Positions 38,597-47,821 of a stretch of DNA of 64,000 nt are shown here, in pieces (position 1 is the stretch's first letter; every line of letters starts with the position of its first letter). The notes beneath the pieces are model-generated. The model ran no database searches. It was not told the DNA's origin and saw only the letters and a program-made list of their open reading frames with translations. The DNA is from Candidatus Nanohalarchaeota archaeon (GTDB taxonomy: Archaea; Nanohalarchaeota; Nanosalinia; Nanosalinales; JAFCCC01), in NCBI GenBank assembly GCA_017610385.1, contig JAFCCC010000001.1, forward strand, positions 94,960 to 158,959. The letters are read 5' to 3'. A program made the position numbers and the translations under genes.

Positions 38597-39798
38597 TAGA
38601 ATTTTTCTTTTAAAAACGAATCAATTTGATCTTGCACGTGAGTAGATAAATCAATTGAAATACTCCTGGTCCTACCATATCTTCCTTTGGAAATGACTCG
38701 GGCGTTTATAATTCCCAACATATCTAATTCAGATAATAAATCAGAAATTCTTCGTTGAGTGAGGGAAGTCAATCCTATTTTATTGCAGATGGTTTTATAA
38801 GTTGTATAAACATCTCCGGTAGCAATATTTCCGCTACTGGTCTTATTCAAGGTTAAAATGGCACTAAGTAAAATTTGAGCGTGTTTTGGCTGGGATTTGA
38901 CAGCTTCGACAGTTCTATCTTTTTCTATTTTTTGTTGAGCTAAATCAACATGCGCAGTAGTTATGTGTTCGCTATCACTTCTCTCTGCAATTTCACCAGA
39001 AACTCTTAGAAGATCTAATGCACGCCGAGCATCACCGTGTTCTTGAGCTGCTAATGCCGCACATTTTTGAATTACGCCCTCTTGCAAAACAGAGTCACTA
39101 AACCCATGTTTACTCCTTTGCAACAAAATATCAACAAGTTCTATTGCATTATAGGGTGGAAAAATTAGCTCTTCTTCTGAAAGAGATGAACGCACACGTG
39201 CATCTAAATACTCTGTGAAATTTAAATCATTTGAAATACCAACTACAAAAACCTTGGTATGCTGTAATTCAGAATTAACTCTAGTTAAATTATACAAAAA
39301 ATTATCCCCAATTTTCTTAACTAAGGCGTCTATTTCATCTAAAACTAAAATAACAGTTCCTTCTTGGTCCTCTAGTTTTTTAAAAAAACGATTGTAAACT
39401 TCATCAGTAGGTAAACCTGTGGCAGGAACTACTTCACCTAAGTTTCTAGCTAATTCCGCTAATAACCGATATTCTGTATCTGCAACCTTTTTCATTTTGC
39501 AATTAATGTAAATGATTTTGAGATTTACGTGCGCATCACGTGCAGCATTTTCTAATTCTTGTGAAACACGCTTAACAACCAAAGTTTTTCCAGTTCCGAC
39601 ACCACCATAAATAAAAGTATTTGATAAATCAGTATTACGCAAACAAGGTGCTAAGATAGAAGCAAGTTCTTGTATCTGGGCATTTCTATGAACAATTTCA
39701 GAAGGTTTAAAAACAGATGTTAATAAATTTTTATCTTGAAAAATAGATTTCTTATTTACATAATTTGCAAACATATCTTTTAAACTTTTTTGATCCAT
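38593..39798 (-). CDS. cdc6: Orc1/Cdc6 replication initiator
   Basis: GGVGTGKT, LVLDEID, LDARVRSSL, FPPYNA, EHGDARRALDLLR, C-terminal wH ISKGRYGRT. Confidence 0.97.
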   Translation of the reverse strand: MDQKSLKDMFANYVNKKSIFQDKNLLTSVFKPSEIVHRNAQIQELASILAPCLRNTDLSNTFIYGGVGTGKTLVVKRVSQELENAARDAHVNLKIIYINCKMKKVADTEYRLLAELARNLGEVVPATGLPTDEVYNRFFKKLEDQEGTVILVLDEIDALVKKIGDNFLYNLTRVNSELQHTKVFVVGISNDLNFTEYLDARVRSSLSEEELIFPPYNAIELVDILLQRSKHGFSDSVLQEGVIQKCAALAAQEHGDARRALDLLRVSGEIAERSDSEHITTAHVDLAQQKIEKDRTVEAVKSQPKHAQILLSAILTLNKTSSGNIATGDVYTTYKTICNKIGLTSLTQRRISDLLSELDMLGIINARVISKGRYGRTRSISIDLSTHVQDQIDSFLKEKFY

Positions 39799-39811
39799 TG
39801 TTCTTTCAAAT

Positions 39812-39975
39812 GTTCTATCGGAAATCTAGGCTTTTATTCATTTCTGTACTACATTACAATAATAACTAGCCTCTCACACCCTGAGTTCCTTTGCAAACTC
39901 AGAGTTATTATTATTATTTCTTAGTTTATTAAAAATATAATAATAGAACTTTAGTTCTATAGGAAATTACAGGGT
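39812..39975. promoter_or_regulatory. Degenerate ORB-like boxes flanking an AT-rich tract upstream of cdc6
   Basis: Minus strand TTTGCAAAGGAACTCAGGGTGTG (39875-39897), plus strand GTTCTATAGGAAATTACAGGGT (39954-39975), AT-rich 39905-39950 between; mini-box GTTCTATCGGAAATCTAGG at 39812. Confidence 0.55.
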
Positions 39976-40040
39976 AGGAGGGTCATGTATTTGTGTATTT
40001 CATCTCTCACCACATCGCCTTATTTTCTTTAAACAAAAAC

Positions 40041-40064
40041 AAATATCCGAGCGCTCGGATATTT
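40041..40064. repeat. 24-bp perfect palindrome AAATATCCGAGCGCTCGGATATTT
   Basis: Directly seen; core shared with other copies. Confidence 0.9.
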
Positions 40065-40089
40065 AAACTTTCTAAAATAAAATTAAAAA

Positions 40090-40749
40090 ATGAAGAAACT
40101 GAAAATCCTTTGGATTTTTTTAACATTTATTCCCATACTTCTAATAATTTTAGGTTATATTTTTCCTTCAAGCTTTTTCTCAAGCCAAGAGCAAATCAGA
40201 AACTTTGTTACTTCTTTCGGAATTTGGGCCCCAATAATATTCATTTTACTTCAGATTCTCCAAGTTATTATCACTCCTCTTAGTCATTATTCTGTTTCAG
40301 TTGCCGGAGGTTTTATTTTTGGATTGTGGCCAGGTTTTTTGTATAATTGGATTGGCAGAGTTTTTGGTACGATTATCGCATTCTTTTTAGGAAAGATTTT
40401 TGGCAGAAAAATCATAAAACACGTAGTAAAGCCAGGAACACTCAAGAAATATGATCAAGTTTTTAACAAAGGCAAGCTTTTATTATTCCTGGCGTATTTT
40501 GCACCATTTTTCCCTGATGACGAACTATCCTATCTTTCTGGTGTTTCTTCGCTTAAATCAAAGATTTTCGTCCCTTTAATTATTTTAGGCCACATAAGTG
40601 GTAGCCTTTATTTAGCTTATGTCGGGAATGGAATTTCTTCCATTACCGCGCCCACATTTCTGATCATTTCAGGAGCTTCACTTATACCAGGAATTTTATT
40701 TGCGATTTTGTACCGAAGGAAAAAGAAACTCCGAGCGCTCGGAGTTTAA
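40090..40749 (+). CDS. DedA/TVP38 (VTT domain) membrane protein
   Basis: FGIWAPIIFILLQILQVII.P, GGFIFG, FFLGKIFGR, PFFPDDELSY. Confidence 0.88.
   Translation: MKKLKILWIFLTFIPILLIILGYIFPSSFFSSQEQIRNFVTSFGIWAPIIFILLQILQVIITPLSHYSVSVAGGFIFGLWPGFLYNWIGRVFGTIIAFFLGKIFGRKIIKHVVKPGTLKKYDQVFNKGKLLLFLAYFAPFFPDDELSYLSGVSSLKSKIFVPLIILGHISGSLYLAYVGNGISSITAPTFLIISGASLIPGILFAILYRRKKKLRALGV
40726..40747. repeat. 22-bp perfect palindrome AAACTCCGAGCGCTCGGAGTTT at the end of the DedA gene
   Basis: Directly seen; encodes KLRALGV. Confidence 0.9.
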
Positions 40750-40776
40750 CACCACCTCTGTAAACTTTCTTAAATA

Positions 40777-40977
40777 TTGCAGGATGTGCAAACGCATCTT
40801 CCTAAGGTAGAAGCAATTTTAGTTCATTGTTCAAAAGGGATAAATCGCAGTCCTGCGGTTGCTATGGCTTTGAATGATCTTTTTGGATTCGGATGTGATC
40901 CTGATGTGCTTGTGAAACAACATCCTGAAGCCACCCATCGGCCATATGATATTTTAATACAAGAGGCAAAAAAATAG
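40777..40977 (+). pseudogene. C-terminal fragment of a protein-tyrosine-phosphatase-like protein
   Basis: ILVHCSKGINRSPAVA CX5R motif; only 66 aa, TTG start, N-terminal half missing. Confidence 0.6.
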
Positions 40978-41000
40978 GGCTTTTATCTAAATAATTTGTA

Positions 41001-41261
41001 TTGATTCTACGTCACAGAGAGAACAAATTCTTTAAAAAGATCCGAGCACTAGGATTCTATATGAAAAGTACCCAAAATGATGTTTATAATTTATTAAGGA
41101 ATTCAAATGTACCTCTTTCTACAAAAGCAATCGCTGAAAAACTAAACATTGATTGGCATACAGCAAACAAACGACTGCAAATTCTACTCAAAAACGATCA
41201 GATTTACAAAGTGGTCTGGAAAAGTAATTTAACCCTGTATTGGGATAAGCCGATCTTTTAA
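41001..41261 (+). CDS. Small winged-helix DNA-binding protein (probable start ATG 41061)
   Basis: PLSTKAIAEKLNIDWHTANKRLQILLKNDQI HTH. Confidence 0.65.
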   Translation: MILRHRENKFFKKIRALGFYMKSTQNDVYNLLRNSNVPLSTKAIAEKLNIDWHTANKRLQILLKNDQIYKVVWKSNLTLYWDKPIF

Positions 41262-41337
41262 TTAGGCCCACACACGTTGTGATCTTTCTTTCTGCTGCAA
41301 ATAAGATATGTAATTAGACCTCTGTTTATATCTTATC

Positions 41338-41484
41338 ATGAAATGCTTTAGACTTCAAAAAGTTCATGAATCTCAGTACAGGATAAGCATTCCTGTTTCT
41401 ATAGTCCGGGCCAAGGACTGAAAGGATAAACAAGAACTTCATTGGAAAATCAACAAAGAAGGAGATTTAGTTCTGAAAGAGTGA
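41338..41484 (+). pseudogene. AbrB/SpoVT-like small DNA-binding protein with internal stop
   Basis: Manual translation MKCFRLQKVHESQYRISIPVSIVRAKD*KDKQELHWKINKEGDLVLKE; TGA at 41419-41421 where W is typical. Confidence 0.55.
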
Positions 41485-41570
41485 TAAGATGATCTTAAAT
41501 CCCAAAAAACAAGGTTAGAACTAACTCTAACCAGCAAAAGAATATATGCCTCTCAGCACTTAGTTCTATT

Positions 41571-41981
41571 ATGAAGTTCAACAAACTAATTCCTGAATTA
41601 AGTGTATGTAATTTTGAAAATAGCATTAAATTTTATACAGAGATTCTCGGTTTCATTATAGAATACCAACGGGAAGAATCTAAATTTGCTATGCTCTCAT
41701 TTCAAGGAAGTCAAATGATGATTGAAGAAACAAATAACCACTGGAACACAGGCAAACTAGAACGTCCTTTTGGCAGAGGAATCAATTTTCAGATAGAAGT
41801 TGATAAAATTCAACCAATCATAGAGCGTCTAAAAAAGAATGATTATCCCCTTTTTGTTGAGCCAAAAGAAAAATGGTATAGGCAAGATAACCAGATGATC
41901 GGAAACAAAGAATTTTTAATCCAAGACCCAGACGGTTATTTACTCAGATTTGCAGAAGATTTAGGAATTAAATCTTTGTAA
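41571..41981 (+). CDS. VOC/glyoxalase (bleomycin-resistance-like) protein
   Basis: LIPELSV...SIKFYTEILGF, PFGRGINFQIEV, EFLIQDPDGYLLRF. Confidence 0.9.
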   Translation: MKFNKLIPELSVCNFENSIKFYTEILGFIIEYQREESKFAMLSFQGSQMMIEETNNHWNTGKLERPFGRGINFQIEVDKIQPIIERLKKNDYPLFVEPKEKWYRQDNQMIGNKEFLIQDPDGYLLRFAEDLGIKSL

Positions 41982-42349
41982 TTTCTAATTGTTTACTCAA
42001 GAAAGTCCTTGTGGTCGAGTTATTAGAGAGTGAGGCGGAGCCATATGAGACCCAGAAGAAATAGTGGGTATAGAAGATACTAAAAGATCTGCGAGACGAT
42101 GAGCGATTCCTTGATCAATCTATTATACAATTACCTGAAATCTTCAAAGAATATCAGAAAGCAGAAGATCAGGATAAAAAGAATTTCTTATTGAAAGAAT
42201 ATCAAGATCGTGTTAAGATTTTGCGAGATACTTTGCAAGAGTGGGATTGTGATGAGAAGGAGTGTAAGAAAGAGTTTAAGTAAAAATAGATTTAGTAAAG
42301 TTTCCAATTAGAATATGATGTAAGAAACAATAGAAACACTCATAAATGT

Positions 42350-42973
42350 TTGCATCTACTACTTAGTAGAGGTAAGGAAATTCCATATTGTAATAAGTGT
42401 GGAGCTGAGTTGAAAGAAGGCGCAAAGTTTTGTACATCTTGTGGGGCCACTCAACCAATTAGGAAGAATCCTAAACAAGAAAAAGAAGCTAAACGAATAT
42501 CTTTTGGTGGCGTCTTTCTAATAATCATAATATTGCTTGTAGGATATATTGCACTTGATGTGTACGCAATAAATCAATTAAAAGTAGATACCTCTGTAGA
42601 TAGCGCACTTAACACGCTATTAAACTCCAAATCTCAACTCAGTATATCTTCGTCTAGAATAAATACCAAGGTTCGACTTCAAAACCCGACACCAATTCCG
42701 ATTATAATGACTAATACCGAATTAAGAGCTAGTTATGGTGACATTCAGTTTTTAGAGGGTGGATCAGGATTTCTGATTATGAGTCCAAACTCAAAAAAAG
42801 ATGTGTCAATTTATGCAGAACTTCATCATTTAGGCGCATTGAAAGCTGTAGGTTCGGGAATCTTGGATACCATAACTGGGTTATTCGCTAAAAAACACAC
42901 TACAAGAGCCCTTTCTGCAGGATATTATGCCAAGTTAGGTCCAATAAGAATTCCTTTGGGTGATCTCCGATGA
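42350..42973 (+). CDS. Zinc-ribbon / TM / LEA-2-like membrane protein
   Basis: YCNKCG...FCTSCG, TM helix, VRLQNPTPIPI LEA-2-like motif. Confidence 0.7.
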   Translation: MHLLLSRGKEIPYCNKCGAELKEGAKFCTSCGATQPIRKNPKQEKEAKRISFGGVFLIIIILLVGYIALDVYAINQLKVDTSVDSALNTLLNSKSQLSISSSRINTKVRLQNPTPIPIIMTNTELRASYGDIQFLEGGSGFLIMSPNSKKDVSIYAELHHLGALKAVGSGILDTITGLFAKKHTTRALSAGYYAKLGPIRIPLGDLR

Positions 42974-44517
42974 AAAAACCTTTATTTTTAATACTGGTTG
43001 TAATTTTAACATTTTCTTTTATTTCAATGGTTTTAGCAGAAGATTGTCAAGTTGCTAGGCCCCAGAGAGAAGTATTAAAATGTGATATAGGAGAAGCAAT
43101 ACAACCCAAACTTATTTTTGATTGTAGCAATTGGGAAAATGAGAAGTTGTGCACTACACAATACTCTTGCAAAGTGGGTTGTACACTAAATTATGCTGGC
43201 TCAGAAGATGCTTGGTTAGCTTTGACAGGCTGTGGCGAGATCGCTAATCTTTATGCACAAATATATAAAGATGGTATATTGATCCATGAAGTATCCACCA
43301 CATCTAGTCAGGGATGGGAAGGAAAGACAACTCTTGGGGAGGGAAGTGAACTTCTAATTAAGGCAAGATGTTATACCTCTCTTTTTTCTGGTCATATAAA
43401 AAAGAAGATTCCTTCAGTAGGTTATCTTGAAATCGATGACACAGAGAAATATCTATATGCCACCAATTTTGATTGGCCGGAGCATAGAATCAAGGAATCT
43501 AAAGGCTGTATAGCTCAGGAGATGGTTTCAAATTATTTGAATAAACAGATTGATCAAGGGACTCTCCCCGCCGAAGAGAAATATACTACAAATATTAATG
43601 AACTAAATTTGAATTCGCCTCTGGCTACTAAAGATACACTCTCTTTTTTCTATCGCTGGGACATTGATAATGAGATAAACAAACGGTATGACGCAGAAGG
43701 AACTCCGGTATATTGTGGAAACAATAAGTTGTATGCGTATAATAAAATTGAAACTGTAGGAGGTAACTGCTATCTTGTTCCTGGGAATGTAATAAAAACT
43801 GTAGAATGTTGTTCTGATTCTAATTGTCCGATTTCAGGAATGTTGTGTGGTTCTGGATTCACTTGTACAGATAAAAAACCATGCAATAGTGACATAGAAT
43901 GTGGTTCAGAAGAAGGGACCTGCAGTAATAAACAAAAATCCTGGCATACTTGTGATAAGCAAGGTGAAGAAATAATTTTGCCTAATGGACAAAAATACAC
44001 CGGATATTGCAGTTTAAAAACAAAAAATGTTGAATGCTGCCCTGGAGATTGTAGTTCTGAGGAACATTGTGAGGAAGATAAAGGTTGTGTTAATAATATC
44101 CAGATTATAAATTGTCCTGCAGGAAAATGTTGCAAGGAAGGGAGTTCATATAAGGCTCAAGATTGCTCAAAGGGATTAGAGTGTTGTATGATTTCTGGGA
44201 CTTATGTTGGAGAGTGCAAAGAAACTTGTCAACCAATTGTTGATGATGCCCCCGGATCCAAGGAAACTACTTCTAAAGCAACTGGAAACATCACTAAAAA
44301 CGATGGAAATTCTTCTATTTTGTTTGTAATTTTGGCAATAGTTATTGTGGCGGTTGCCGGGGGTTCCTATTTCATGATTCGCAAAACAAAAAGTTCAAGT
44401 AAATCGTCTACTACATACCATAAAGAGACAAAACCTGCAGAAAAATACTGTATGAAATGTGGTGCAGAAATGACAAATGAAGACAAATTCTGCCCTGAAT
44501 GTGGCGCTAAAAAGTAG
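42970..44517 (+). CDS. Cys-rich surface protein with C-terminal TM and cytoplasmic zinc ribbon
   Basis: Signal peptide, VECCSDSNC/VECCPGDC repeats, TM, YCMKCG...FCPECG. Confidence 0.7.
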   Translation: MKKPLFLILVVILTFSFISMVLAEDCQVARPQREVLKCDIGEAIQPKLIFDCSNWENEKLCTTQYSCKVGCTLNYAGSEDAWLALTGCGEIANLYAQIYKDGILIHEVSTTSSQGWEGKTTLGEGSELLIKARCYTSLFSGHIKKKIPSVGYLEIDDTEKYLYATNFDWPEHRIKESKGCIAQEMVSNYLNKQIDQGTLPAEEKYTTNINELNLNSPLATKDTLSFFYRWDIDNEINKRYDAEGTPVYCGNNKLYAYNKIETVGGNCYLVPGNVIKTVECCSDSNCPISGMLCGSGFTCTDKKPCNSDIECGSEEGTCSNKQKSWHTCDKQGEEIILPNGQKYTGYCSLKTKNVECCPGDCSSEEHCEEDKGCVNNIQIINCPAGKCCKEGSSYKAQDCSKGLECCMISGTYVGECKETCQPIVDDAPGSKETTSKATGNITKNDGNSSILFVILAIVIVAVAGGSYFMIRKTKSSSKSSTTYHKETKPAEKYCMKCGAEMTNEDKFCPECGAKK

Positions 44518-44945
44518 ATTCAACAAACACCATCTATGGTGAAACGGTAGTATTATTGGAATTCGAGTAGAATTTGAAATCTGTAATTAACTTCATATAA
44601 AGCAACTACCAGAAAGACACAATCAATTATATCCCTAAAAACTAATTTCTTCTTAGTAAATTTCTTAATTTGAAAGCACTGGGAGGATTGCAAGAATCTC
44701 AAAGGATACAATAGAGATACAATATAAAAACTATAGCATATGGTTATTTTCTCTTTTAGAGAGGTATAAGACATTCTTTAACCCCCAAACTTTCCGAGAA
44801 GCTTTTCTAGAAAGCAATACAGTTCTCACATGCCGTTACTTGTATCTTTTGGCAAAGTCCAAGTATTCGGATTTTATAGTAATATTGATTCCACCTTTAC
44901 TCAAATTTTAAAAAGCTTTATACTTTAAATTACAAAAATTGATTT

Positions 44946-46178
44946 ATGCCCAAATCTTTATCAATTGTGGCAAAAGCAGGAATGGCCGTAGCGGCATTAG
45001 CTATTGTCATATCATTTATAATTTCTTTTATAGTACTTCCAAAAAATTATCCGCTAACTTTTGAAGATTCTTATGGCCATCGTAGTGATGGGGACGTTTA
45101 CCTCAATGGCAAACATCTGGGCAGAACCCAACATGGTGTAGTATATCTTAGAGGTTTTAAGACAGGGGAAGTTAAAATAATAGCGTACAAAGATGGAAAA
45201 TCTTATATAAATTATTATGATCTTAATCCTGCAGAGGAAGGTCAGGACTTCATATTCGAGGTTGATTATTCCACACCTTGGGTTGCTCCAGTCAATGAAG
45301 AGAATATAACCCAATATCTTAATGCTTTAGACTTATCTAACAGTAAACTGAGATCAGAAGCTACAAAATACATTAGAGATTGTCCTTCAGGAGATATTGA
45401 ATGTCAATTAATTTACGTATACGAGGGTTTTCTTTTGAACTATTCGTATATCGCAGATCCACGAAATGAAGAACATATCCAATCCCCCTTTGAAACAATA
45501 AATTATGGAGGGGGGGATTGCGAGGATTTAACAATTTTATTAATAAGTCTTCTTGAGAACATTGGGATTGAAACCTACATGGTGCTTGAACCAGAACATG
45601 TTTATGCTCTTGCATGCGGAGTAGATGCAGAAGTAATGTATAACTATACTTTACCTCTATTTTACACTTACGATCTTGTAGAGAATTCTACAGAAAAGAT
45701 ACATATCAAAGGAGACTGGGGCTGGTACTATGGTGGAAATGACTCGTTTAAAGATATGGCATTTACTATGCTTGTAAATATCACCGCCAATAAACCTATT
45801 ACAGTTTTTGCAGTAAATGATGAATATGATTATCAAGCGTTCATGTATGGAGAGCCATATACTTACATTCAAGGAACGTATCGAGAAAATGTACGAAGTT
45901 ATAATGAAACTTTAGTAGTTCCTGCTACTGGCGGCTTTGTAATTTTCAATCCGAATAAATATGGTGCAGATATAGCGCTAAGAGTAGAATCTTATTTGAA
46001 TTACTACGGAATAGACCCGAAAAATCTTATTATTTATACATATAGCATAAATGACCAAACTTGTGTACCCTTAGATCCCTCATTAGGAGAAATGAGTTAT
46101 GCGGGGTACGAAGGTGAAAACAATATTAGAAAAAGATTTATAAGTAGTTTAACAAGAAAGGAACATGTCCCAGACTAA
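44946..46178 (+). CDS. Membrane-anchored transglutaminase-like cysteine protease
   Basis: N-terminal TM, PEGA-like VYLNGKHLGRT, YIADP...QSPFETI..GGGDCEDLTILL.SLL, EHVY, PLDPS. Confidence 0.8.
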   Translation: MPKSLSIVAKAGMAVAALAIVISFIISFIVLPKNYPLTFEDSYGHRSDGDVYLNGKHLGRTQHGVVYLRGFKTGEVKIIAYKDGKSYINYYDLNPAEEGQDFIFEVDYSTPWVAPVNEENITQYLNALDLSNSKLRSEATKYIRDCPSGDIECQLIYVYEGFLLNYSYIADPRNEEHIQSPFETINYGGGDCEDLTILLISLLENIGIETYMVLEPEHVYALACGVDAEVMYNYTLPLFYTYDLVENSTEKIHIKGDWGWYYGGNDSFKDMAFTMLVNITANKPITVFAVNDEYDYQAFMYGEPYTYIQGTYRENVRSYNETLVVPATGGFVIFNPNKYGADIALRVESYLNYYGIDPKNLIIYTYSINDQTCVPLDPSLGEMSYAGYEGENNIRKRFISSLTRKEHVPD

Positions 46179-46914
46179 AAAACCGCAGAAGAAAACCCAA
46201 AAGAAAATTGCACTAGAAGAAACTATAATTTACAAAGAACTACAAAAAAGAAATTTTAGATTGCTTTTAACTGGAATATTTAGCCTTATTTTGGGTAGTT
46301 TTGGAGTATGGGTAACTTATGTTCTTCATTCTATTTTTGCTATGGTTGTTGGAGGAATTTTACTAATTTGTGCCATCTATCAATTTTATTTAGTATACCT
46401 TAGAAATGAAAATCCTCTCGAACATCCAGATCTCAAGAGATTCGAATTGTGGTCTGGTAAAGATTATGAAAAGATTGTCAAAGATATGGAAGAAGAATTA
46501 CAAGCTAATGGGGGCGCGTTAGGCTCTAAAATTATCACAGATAGTTTTGGGTTTTTCCCATCTACATACAGAATTAAATGGTTCCATTTAACTCAAATAT
46601 GTTGGATTCACGGAGTTACAACCGCCCATTCAGTTAATTTTATCCCAACAGGTAAAACATATTCTATTAACATCTATGTAGATACTGGCGAATCTTTTAT
46701 AATTCATACAAATAAATCTAGAAGAGAGGATGATCTAACAGGTCTGCTGAATAGAGTTCCTTTCGCGATTTTCGGACACAATAAGGAAATTCAACACAAT
46801 TGGGAACATAATAGAGAACAAGTTATCATTGCTGTGAAGACAAGGTTAAACGAATATCTAAAAAATCCTAAAAAATTCATCAAGGAAAATTATGATGTAG
46901 TTGAGGAAAACTAA
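46165..46914 (+). CDS. Membrane protein (two TM plus soluble domain), function unknown
   Basis: Two hydrophobic helices; overlaps end of upstream gene. Confidence 0.6.
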   Translation: MSQTKKPQKKTQKKIALEETIIYKELQKRNFRLLLTGIFSLILGSFGVWVTYVLHSIFAMVVGGILLICAIYQFYLVYLRNENPLEHPDLKRFELWSGKDYEKIVKDMEEELQANGGALGSKIITDSFGFFPSTYRIKWFHLTQICWIHGVTTAHSVNFIPTGKTYSINIYVDTGESFIIHTNKSRREDDLTGLLNRVPFAIFGHNKEIQHNWEHNREQVIIAVKTRLNEYLKNPKKFIKENYDVVEEN

Positions 46915-46948
46915 ACTCGCATAGCGAATAAATCCGGTTTAGATGTAC

Positions 46949-47299
46949 CTTAATCCATTCAACATTTTTGGGAAAAGTTTCATTATTTCCCATTAACCAC
47001 TTGAAGAAGTTCTTCATATATGTCTTATTCACCGCGAAAGTATTGGTAGAATGAGACGCCTTGAATTATTCAAAGTACTCCTTCAAATCTTCTTCGGACA
47101 TCTCTTTGAAGGGCTTTTTTACCTTGTGCATAAGGTTTTTAAGACAAGTAAAATAGCTCTGCTGAGTTCTCCAAGCTCTACCGTTTAACGAAAGATCTCT
47201 TAAGAATTTAGAAATAGCATCTCTATTCTCTTTCAAGTATTCCTCATTATTTAGCACATTTTGTTTCCAATTATTATAATGTTTCTCTCTGCTCGCCAT
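46949..47299 (-). pseudogene. Truncated tyrosine integrase/recombinase N-terminal (SAM-like) domain
   Basis: ENRDAISKFLRDL...RTQQSY...KKPFKEMSEEDLKEYFE*, continuing in frame past TAA as ...KNFFKWLMGNNETFPKNVEWIK; no catalytic domain follows. Confidence 0.7.
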
Positions 47300-47420
47300 G
47301 TATTACTTAGCTCCACAGCACATTATAAGCAATGTATCACAATAGGCCTAAATTGCGGATCAACTTATATAGGGATAAACCGATTTTTTGAATAGATTGC
47401 GCCAGTGACAAACCAAGCTT

Positions 47421-47726
47421 CTAATAGATCCCTAATTTTTCCACTTTATGAGATCCTTCTGAACAAAGTGATGCACTCGGAAATTCTTTTTCAAACTCAG
47501 CAATAATTTGACGATCTTGGGCCGCAATAATTACTGAAATATCTTTTGGCCCATCAAAAGGATACGCGACGACCGTTGCCACAGTTCTTGAAGAAAGATA
47601 AACATCATATTTTAATGCACGCGGTGTAACGTTGGTTAGCTCACCACTTTCTAAAAAATCCCGAATATTTCCCAAAGTGCGTGATGTATATTCTATTTCA
47701 AAAGATGCGCTAGAATATAACACCAT
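47421..47726 (-). CDS. Hypothetical protein
   Basis: 101-aa ORF with ATG, no recognisable motif. Confidence 0.4.
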   Translation of the reverse strand: MVLYSSASFEIEYTSRTLGNIRDFLESGELTNVTPRALKYDVYLSSRTVATVVAYPFDGPKDISVIIAAQDRQIIAEFEKEFPSASLCSEGSHKVEKLGIY

Positions 47727-47821
47727 ATTCTCTTTTAGATCATTTACTTTTAAAAAATGCTGTGTTGCATTCTCATCACAAATCTTTAAGATTTATTAGT
47801 TAATTCAAATAAAATCTAAAT

